DNA of 64,000 nucleotides. Source: Candidatus Omnitrophota bacterium (GTDB lineage Bacteria > Omnitrophota > Gorgyraeia > Gygaellales > Profunditerraquicolaceae). Shown piece by piece: positions 21,601 through 28,773 of the stretch. The translations under genes and the position numbers were made by a program. How positions within the stretch are numbered: position 1 is the stretch's first letter; every line of letters starts with the position of its first letter. Location: positions 2,491 to 66,490 of the forward strand of contig JAOAET010000044.1 of the NCBI GenBank assembly GCA_026416665.1, given 5' to 3'. The notes under the pieces are model-generated. The model saw only the letters and a program-made list of their open reading frames with translations, was not told where the DNA came from and made no database searches.

Positions 21601-23935
21601 CTGTCCAAGTAGCAGTAGGATCCCAGTTATAACAATTACCCCGATTAGTAGATTCAGTCATCTTTACGATAAGTGAATTAAGATTATAGGAGTCCTCAAC
21701 CCAAGTATAAGTAATCAGCCGAACCCCTTTGGGGTCAATATACCAGTATTTTCCTTTCTCTTGCGAAAGTAACTTTATGTGTTTACCATAGGCACCTTCT
21801 AATTCCAAGATGTTCATAATAGTGGTAACCGAACCAGGCTCAAAAAGAAGTTCTTTAGAAGGGCTGGTACAAGTTAAGTTATAAAAACTATTATTTCCAA
21901 AAATAAAAGATGGTCTTGTAGAATCAAAAAATATAACTGTTGACTTCCCTGCCTCAAAAATTCCACCAGTATTTATCCAGCTACCGGCTATGGAAAGTAG
22001 CTGGTTTGTCGCTTGCAAACAGCCGCTACTAAGCAAAATATCTCCATTTATCGCAAGCGAGCGACCAAGAGTAATTATTCCACGATAACCATCAATTACT
22101 AAACCTGCTATTTGGTCTTTGAAATTAGGGTCAACAAAAGAATCTTTGTGAGAGTTTAAAGTAGAAAGGCCGTTAAAGAAAACTACATCAAATGCACTGG
22201 GAACAGTACCCGTATCCCAGTTTGCAGGATCTGACCAAAAATAAGTTTCTCCTTCTCCGATCCAGGAGATTCTAATATCAACATTAGTGTTATTACCAAC
22301 AGAAGTTGAATGCCTTACAATAAGAGGTGGTCCACGTGCATTAAAACAATCTCCAATCTGTGCATAAGCAATATCTGTATCTGCCAAAGGTAAGATTTTC
22401 CATTGTTTACCCGGCTCAGTAGAGACTAAGGTTACAAGATTAGCATAACAACCTTGAATGGTCAAACTTCCCATTACAGTAACTGTCTTGTCTGCCTCTA
22501 CCGTAATCTTTTTTCCTGGAGCGATCACTTGCAAGTTATAAAAAACATTATCTCCACTGATGATACTGGGAAGTTCAGAAATAAATTCCACTGATGACTG
22601 TTGAGCATTAAAATTACCAAAATTAACCCAGTTACGCGCAATATGATAAATGGAATTAGCAGCGTTTAGAGTAACACCCTGACCAATAATTAAAGAACCA
22701 CCTGCAGTTAAATGCGAACCATAATACTGGGTAAAATATGCAGGTTGTGCAGATTGTTTTAAAATGATATCGCCAGCACTATTAACATTGGCAAGTAAAC
22801 CTTTGCCCGAGCTTTGGATAAGAATGTTACCAAACCCACAAGTAGAAATGGTAGTACCTATTGCCTGCAAAAAAGACCCAATTCCATCAAAATCAGCATC
22901 GGCTAAAAATGATAAATTCCCGTTTACTGTGGTAACATCAGCATAAACTTCCACATTCTTGTTTGCTTTAAGTTCAGTATTACCAAATGTTTTCAATTCT
23001 CTATCAATTTTTATAGTCTGACCCGAAAATACTTCTATATTTCCTCTTCGAGCATCTAAGATTCCTGAGATCTCTACATTACGGTTGGCTTTAATTTTTA
23101 TTTTACCACCTTCTTCTACTAAAGTACTGGCTTTTACGATGCCTTTTTGATTAACTGCCTTTTCAAAAATCTGCTCAGCAACTTGGGCGGTCATATACAC
23201 TTGGTGGGCTTCAATTGTTGCTGTATTTAAAACTGCTTCGTTTAGTGGTTTACCATCAAAACCAAATACCTGATTTATAGTTTCTGCGTTAACCTCAAGT
23301 TGGATAAGACCTTTTGTGTCAAAACTAATAGTAACTTTGTTACCTGAAGCAAGTTGCACCGAACCCGCCTGTGCAAAAATAAAACCGTGGTTTTGAACAG
23401 CACTGCCTACTAAAGCAACATTACTTGCTGTAATTTTGCCCTGATTAAGAATTGCCGAAAAGACATTGCTATTTTCAAGAATGTAATTTGCGTTAAGAAA
23501 ATTATTAGTAGCAATATCTAACGTAGAAGCAACTAAGGTTTCTACATGAACCTGCGAAGTAGGGCTAAAACATATACCTTGGGGGTTTATTAAAAAAAGC
23601 GTTCCATTTGCGCTTAAAATTCCTGCAATTTCAGTAGGACTTTGACCTATTACCCGACTTAAAACTCTTGCGTTTTCTGATGGTTGAATAAAATGTACTG
23701 CTTCATTTGAAGCAATGGAGAAAGAATTGAAATTAATTACACAACCATCATCAGCAAAAATTCTCAAAGTAAAAATATTATTGGTAGTTGCAGGGTCTGG
23801 CCGTTCAAAAGTGGCACTGCCATACTCCACTGACTCACCTTCTGGCAGACAATTACCCGAGTGTGCTGTTAGCACTACTAACAGAATAGTCAAAATATTA
23901 AGTAGAACTAACTTTCGTTTTCTTTTAGGTTTCAT
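12602..23935 (-). CDS. Giant two-partner-secretion exoprotein (TpsA), 3777 aa. It has a signal peptide, a TPS (hemagglutination-activity) secretion domain, beta-helical PATR-rich modules, a 7-bladed RCC1 beta-propeller and a ~215-aa C-terminal domain of unknown function.
   Basis: Single 11,334-nt ORF. Residues ~40-140 match the TPS domain consensus (...[19 protein letters not shown]...[32 protein letters not shown]...VASTLDI). The cognate TpsB gene lies immediately upstream. Confidence 0.85.
   Translation of the reverse strand: [3777 protein letters not shown]
13301..14455 (-). repeat. Seven RCC1-type repeats (aa ~3161-3545) forming a predicted 7-bladed beta-propeller near the TpsA C-terminus
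   Basis: Seven ~55-aa blades, each with AAGG.HSLAL..DG.V..WG.N..GQLG (e.g. [46 protein letters not shown]...WGQLG). Confidence 0.75.
15386..21568 (-). repeat. Three tandem, diverged protein-level modules within tpsA (aa ~790-2850; the middle copy is partial). Each is anchored by ...[10 protein letters not shown]... and holds several PATR units (G.GTL.L.G.NTYTG.T.IN.GTL).
   Basis: TLNANRGI recurs at aa ~957, ~1908 and ~2302 (DNA ~21067, ~18214, ~17032) with collinear flanking similarity. The DNA copies are only ~65-75% identical: ACCCTTAATGCCAACCGTGGT vs ACTTTAAATGCAAACCGAGGA vs ACCTTAAACGCTAATCGGGGA. Confidence 0.6.
23036..23848 (-). other. TPS secretion domain of TpsA (aa ~30-300), FhaB/ShlA/HMW1 Haemagg_act-type
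   Basis: Conserved NPNG-like motif (NPQG) preceded by SANGTLFLI and followed by VASTLDI; hydrophobic signal peptide aa 1-27. Confidence 0.8.
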
Positions 23936-24225
23936 TTTATTTTTAAAATAAAAAATCCAGGCAAAGCCTGGTTTGTTGCATAGTCACTTCGGTAGCCTGC
24001 CTCTGCCCTAAGCCGCACGGCTTTGCGCGAACTACTTAAAAAGTAGCCTTGCCCTTTCGGTTGCTATGCTTGATATTATAATATGATTTTTTCTTTAATT
24101 CAAGTATAACATATATTTATATAGAATACCATCTTATACAAGATAAAATTTTAATTATATTATGTTGGGTCTTTGCGTTTAGCTACAATAGGTTAAGAAA
24201 AGTAACTTAAGTTCTGCAAGGTCTT

Positions 24226-25974
24226 TTATAATTCAAAGTGTAAACTAAAATGGAAGGTAGAAGACCCTTGGCTAGGGCTGGGACGATCACCAACGTGTTC
24301 TGCCCAATCAAGCCGTAAGAAAAAATTGCGGTTAAATTGGAAACGCAAACCCATTCCTGCTGCCGCTAAAAACTTTTGGGACTTTTCTACTTCGTCAGTA
24401 TGCTTTAGTTTTCCCGCACCTATATCACAAAAAATCAGTGGTTGTAACTGGTTACGTAAAGGCATACGTGCACCTTTTAATCGAATGTCATCAGGAATAA
24501 AAGGGAAAAAGAACAACCATTCTAAGTTAAGATATGCTCCTATGTCTGCTAAGTAATCACCTTCGGGATATCCTCTTACTGAATAAACACCCCCTAATTG
24601 AAATTGTTCTGAAGAAGGTAAAGTTCGGCTGGCCCATTGTGCTTTTGAACGCAACCATAAATATGTCTGTGCAGAAGTCTTTTGAACCCTCTGTAACGAC
24701 TGCTCATACTTGAGAAAACTACCTGCCGAAGAGGGCCTACTTGCGCTGGCGTGACCGCGTTCTGAAGCGCCCAAAATATCTTCTAGACTTACTGTCAATC
24801 GTGGTGAAAAACTAGTTTGCCCCCCTGGCCCAAAACGGTCAATCTTTGATAAATCTAGTGAAAAAAACAAAAGGCGCAATTGGTCATTAATAGTAGTTTC
24901 TTTTTGTTCTTTTTTCTTTACTGAGACAATGTCCATACCTACATCAAAATACCCTTCGGTTTCGGCAGTAAGAATGATTTCCTTTGTAATATGCGGTGTG
25001 CCTATTCGTGTGGAAGAAGTAATATCCTGATAACGATACTCCTTGCCAACTTTACTGTCAAACACCGTTAAATCTAAACCCGCTCTTGTTCCATAGGAAT
25101 CAGTAGGAAAAACATAACTTACAAAATAACCTTTGGCATCTTTAGACGACATTACATTGAAAGCGCAAGAATCAAATTTTCCAGTTAGGTTTGTGCTTCG
25201 CGCAAAAAAAGAACGACGATACTTACCACTTAAACGCGTTCCATGATTATCAAAACTTGTTCCTATATGATAAGGAAATTGCTCTTTTACTTTTAAAGTA
25301 ATATCGGTTGTCTGAGGTTGTTGCCCTGAACTTAAAACAGCAGTAACTTCTAAATCAGGATTTTGATTTAACCTTAGTAGATCTTGCTGCAGGGTGAAAA
25401 CATTAAGTAACTGGTTTTCTTTTAGATGGATATATTTTCTAATGAGAGCAGAAGAAAACCATCTGTCTGCCTCAATGGTTATTTTACCTAATTTGCCTTC
25501 AATGACTCTTAATTCTATTCTACCCTCAATAACATCCTGTTCTGGAATATAAACGTCTGTGGTTAAATACCCTTTTTTTCTATACAGGGCCTTTATCTGC
25601 TCAACTATCTCTTCTAATTCACTAAAAGTTACTTCTTTTCCTAAGTATTTTTCATAGTTAGGATAAAAATCTTCCTTTGAAAAAATAGTAGAGCCAGTGA
25701 TGATTACTTCTTTAAGAAGAAAAACTACCCCCTCCTTTTTCAGGACAGGTCTTTCTTCAACCTTAATTGACGGGCTCATCGGTTTTTCTCTCTCAATACG
25801 TTTCTTTTCTTCTTCAATCTCTTTTTTAAAACGGCTTGCCTCTGACCCTGCTTTTGTTGAGACAGGTAAATTTTGCGCAATTACTGGACAAGAAAAAAAA
25901 CTGAAAATAAGAAAGCCGACAATTAATATATTTTTGGTGTAACTATTTCTAAACCAAATAAGTGTTTGAGACAT
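24226..25974 (-). CDS. TpsB outer-membrane transporter of the two-partner secretion system (ShlB/FhaC/HecB family; POTRA domains plus a 16-strand beta-barrel)
   Basis: 582-aa ORF with a signal peptide (FLIFSFFSCPVIAQ), a POTRA-like region (GRIELRVIEGKLGKI) and a beta-barrel ending in an aromatic residue (...FHFSLHFEL). It sits directly upstream of and co-oriented with tpsA. Confidence 0.8.
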   Translation of the reverse strand: MSQTLIWFRNSYTKNILIVGFLIFSFFSCPVIAQNLPVSTKAGSEASRFKKEIEEEKKRIEREKPMSPSIKVEERPVLKKEGVVFLLKEVIITGSTIFSKEDFYPNYEKYLGKEVTFSELEEIVEQIKALYRKKGYLTTDVYIPEQDVIEGRIELRVIEGKLGKITIEADRWFSSALIRKYIHLKENQLLNVFTLQQDLLRLNQNPDLEVTAVLSSGQQPQTTDITLKVKEQFPYHIGTSFDNHGTRLSGKYRRSFFARSTNLTGKFDSCAFNVMSSKDAKGYFVSYVFPTDSYGTRAGLDLTVFDSKVGKEYRYQDITSSTRIGTPHITKEIILTAETEGYFDVGMDIVSVKKKEQKETTINDQLRLLFFSLDLSKIDRFGPGGQTSFSPRLTVSLEDILGASERGHASASRPSSAGSFLKYEQSLQRVQKTSAQTYLWLRSKAQWASRTLPSSEQFQLGGVYSVRGYPEGDYLADIGAYLNLEWLFFFPFIPDDIRLKGARMPLRNQLQPLIFCDIGAGKLKHTDEVEKSQKFLAAAGMGLRFQFNRNFFLRLDWAEHVGDRPSPSQGSSTFHFSLHFEL

Positions 25975-26067
25975 TATCTTAATAACGCACGTAAAAAGTT
26001 CATCTTTCTTGAGTGGATTATTATCTTAAAATTTTCTACCTGAGAATTGTTCAAATAATTTGGTTCT

Positions 26068-26073
26068 ATTATA
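26068..26073 (-). promoter_or_regulatory. Candidate -10 hexamer (TATAAT on the minus strand) ~95 nt upstream of the tpsB start, with a weak extended -10 context (cGg)
   Basis: ATTATA on the plus strand at 26068-26073 is TATAAT on the minus strand. No good -35 lies at 17-nt spacing, so the call is weak. Confidence 0.25.
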
Positions 26074-26100
26074 CCGCTTGACAACAATTCTTCATAGGAA

Positions 26101-26937
26101 TTATTTATGGTGGTTAACAATGTTAATCTTTTCTTGGTTAAGCATACCTAAAAGACAAATAAACTGCTCGAGAGAAACCTGTTCTGCACGAATAGAAGAG
26201 GAAAGTTTTTCTTGTTTAAAAAATTCATCTAAGGTTTCTTCAGGGACAACTTTTTTTAAGGAATTTTTTAACATCTTTCTGCGTTGTTGAAATGCCTGAC
26301 GAATAATAAAGAAAAGATTATCCTCATTTATAGCAGTCTGCCATTTTTTTTGCACTGGCTTAAGATGCACAAAACATGAATCCACTTTAGGTACAGGAAA
26401 AAAACAACTTCTTTTTATGGTAAATAAAATCTTTGGATTACTGTAATATTGCACAAAACAACTAAATGCCCCGTAAAGCCGACTACCAGGAATAGCTTGC
26501 ATGCGTTGGGCAAACTCTTTTTGTACAGTTAAAAATATGTCTTTAATACAATCTCTGGCTAAAAATAGTTTTTCTATAATTGGGCTGGTAATATAGTAAG
26601 GGATATTGCCTACCACAATCAGAGGTCTTTTCAACTTTTGGGAGAAATTTTTAATATCAAAACCCAAAATATCTGCTTGAATGACTTTAACGTTTGTGTT
26701 ATCCTTGAACTCCTCTTCAAGCAACAAAGCCAATTGCTTATCTATTTCTACAGCAAAAAGCTCAACTTTTTTTTTGGCAAGCAACCGTGTTAATACCCCT
26801 TGGCCTGCTCCTATCTCCAAAATGGCCTGGCCCTCTTCAACTGGTATAAAGGAAAGCATTTTCTGCAGGATATTTTTATCCACTAGAAAATGCTGACCTA
26901 AGCTCTTTTTAGGTTTTGGCAACAAGTAATTGCGCAT
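26101..26937 (-). CDS. rsmA: 16S rRNA (adenine1518/1519-N6)-dimethyltransferase
   Basis: 278-aa ORF with LGQHFL and ILEIGAGQGVLT SAM-binding motifs. It overlaps pdxA by 40 nt, conserving the surA-pdxA-ksgA synteny. Confidence 0.9.
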   Translation of the reverse strand: MRNYLLPKPKKSLGQHFLVDKNILQKMLSFIPVEEGQAILEIGAGQGVLTRLLAKKKVELFAVEIDKQLALLLEEEFKDNTNVKVIQADILGFDIKNFSQKLKRPLIVVGNIPYYITSPIIEKLFLARDCIKDIFLTVQKEFAQRMQAIPGSRLYGAFSCFVQYYSNPKILFTIKRSCFFPVPKVDSCFVHLKPVQKKWQTAINEDNLFFIIRQAFQQRRKMLKNSLKKVVPEETLDEFFKQEKLSSSIRAEQVSLEQFICLLGMLNQEKINIVNHHK

Positions 26938-27845
26938 AGAATAGCAGAAATCATTGAGGAAGGATTAGCTTTATTTTTACCGGCAATATCAAAGGCGGTT
27001 CCATGTAAAGGACTGGTGCGCACAAAATCAAGCCCTAAAGTAAGATTAACTCCTTTCTGAGCCCCCAATACCTTAAGAGGAATTAACGCCTGGTCATGAT
27101 ACATAGCAATTACCGCGTCAAAATTTTTATGTAATGCTTCACTTATGGCAATGTCTGCTCCCAAAGGACCTTTAAGGCCAGGAAATTTTTTTCGTAGTTT
27201 ACAAACCACTGGATGAATAATCCTATTCTCTTCTGTGCCAATAAGACCATTATCTGAACCATGGGGATTTATCCCACAAACCACCACACGTGGATTGTTA
27301 ATAGCAAACATTTTAATTAGTGCCTGGTAGGTTTTAATTATAGTGTATTGAATCAACTCAAAGGATAAAACTTTAGAAACCTCTGATAAAGGAATATGTC
27401 GGGTAACTAAACTAAAACGGATTTTTTCATTAAGCAGCAACATTATAGGTTTTTTGTTAGTCTTTTGAGCAAAATATTCTGTGTGTCCGCTATAACAATA
27501 ACCTGCCTTATTAATTGCCTCTTTAGATATGGGGGCAGTAACTAAACAATCAATCTTCTGGCAAGATAATAGTTCCATTGCCTTATCCAAATATAACACA
27601 GATGCCTTTCCATATTCTGCACTTACCTTGCCAAAACTAAAGTTTTTCTTATTTATTACTTTTAAATCAATAAACTCTACATTCTCCAATCTAAAGCGTC
27701 CTGTAAACTGCTGCCACACCCAGGCATCTCCAATAACCACAAACCTGGCTTTATGAGAAAGTCTTTTTATCGCCTCAAAACTTACCTCAGGACCAATACC
27801 TGAGGGGTCTCCCATAGTAATACCTACACACAATTTCTTTTGCAT
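26898..27845 (-). CDS. pdxA: 4-hydroxythreonine-4-phosphate dehydrogenase
   Basis: 315-aa ORF with GITMGDPSGIGPEV, HTEY and LHGTAFDIAGK motifs. Confidence 0.9.
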   Translation of the reverse strand: MQKKLCVGITMGDPSGIGPEVSFEAIKRLSHKARFVVIGDAWVWQQFTGRFRLENVEFIDLKVINKKNFSFGKVSAEYGKASVLYLDKAMELLSCQKIDCLVTAPISKEAINKAGYCYSGHTEYFAQKTNKKPIMLLLNEKIRFSLVTRHIPLSEVSKVLSFELIQYTIIKTYQALIKMFAINNPRVVVCGINPHGSDNGLIGTEENRIIHPVVCKLRKKFPGLKGPLGADIAISEALHKNFDAVIAMYHDQALIPLKVLGAQKGVNLTLGLDFVRTSPLHGTAFDIAGKNKANPSSMISAILCAITCCQNLKRA

Positions 27846-28769
27846 TTAATTTATTTCTATCCTCTTAATAAAAGCCTTTTTCTTTAACCCTTCAATCCAG
27901 CGCACCATCTCCTGTTGCATCTTCTTTTCATAAAGGATGTTGTGAATTGTTTCACTACTTTCAGCTAAACTCTTCTGGCGTGCAGGAATTATTTCTTTTA
28001 ACTTGAATATATAAAAATTCTCACCTACTTTTACAGGTTGAGATACCCCGCCTAATTTCATAGAAAATAAAACTTCCTCTACTTCTTTTTTCAGTTGTCC
28101 GTCGGCATATGCCTTGAAATCACTTAAAGTAAAACCTGTTATTTCTTTTGCCTTTTGTAGATTATCCGTTTCTGTTAAGATACGAAATGCCTCTTCTGCC
28201 TTTGTCTTATCTTGCCCAATCAAAGTATCAAAAATCCTTTGTTCGGGTATAAAAAAGTCCTGGATGTGATTATCATAGTATTCAGTTATCTCTGAAGGAC
28301 TAATTTTTATCTTTGAACGTACTTTTTTATCTATAATGCCAATCATTAAAAGCTGATTACGGATTTGTTCTTCTAAATCTGCAACTACCATCCCTTGACT
28401 AACTAGTGTCTTTTCAAAATCATCTTGGGAAGAAAATCTCTTCTTAAACTCTTCTTTTTTTGCACGCACACGTGTTTCATCAACATTAATCTTCTCTTTC
28501 TTTGCCTCTTGAAGAATTAATCGGTCTTCAATAAGCCGTTCAAGAATATCCTGGCGTATTTGAACAATCCTTTGTTCTACTTCATCTAAAGGATACTGGC
28601 GGACAAGTTGAACTTTCATAAAATTTAGAAATTGATCTAAATCGCGTTGGGTAATTACTTCCTGATTAACAATTGCGATAATTTTATCTTGTGCAAAAAC
28701 AAAGTGGTTAATTAGATAATTAGATATTATGGCAAAACCAATAAGTAAAAGAAGTTTATTTTTCTTCAT
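27846..28769 (-). CDS. surA: SurA-like periplasmic chaperone/peptidyl-prolyl isomerase
   Basis: 307-aa ORF with a signal peptide, a SurA N-terminal chaperone-like region and a PpiC-like C-terminus. Its position upstream of pdxA-ksgA matches the canonical operon. Confidence 0.7.
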   Translation of the reverse strand: MKKNKLLLLIGFAIISNYLINHFVFAQDKIIAIVNQEVITQRDLDQFLNFMKVQLVRQYPLDEVEQRIVQIRQDILERLIEDRLILQEAKKEKINVDETRVRAKKEEFKKRFSSQDDFEKTLVSQGMVVADLEEQIRNQLLMIGIIDKKVRSKIKISPSEITEYYDNHIQDFFIPEQRIFDTLIGQDKTKAEEAFRILTETDNLQKAKEITGFTLSDFKAYADGQLKKEVEEVLFSMKLGGVSQPVKVGENFYIFKLKEIIPARQKSLAESSETIHNILYEKKMQQEMVRWIEGLKKKAFIKRIEIN

Positions 28770-28773
28770 ATAA

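Noticed and set aside
12602-25974. Contact-dependent inhibition (CdiB-CdiA-CdiI) toxin system
   Set aside because: The TpsB plus giant TpsA arrangement resembles CDI. However, there is no VENN/pretoxin motif, no recognisable toxin domain, and no small immunity ORF downstream (pgk follows). An adhesin or other exoprotein is more consistent.
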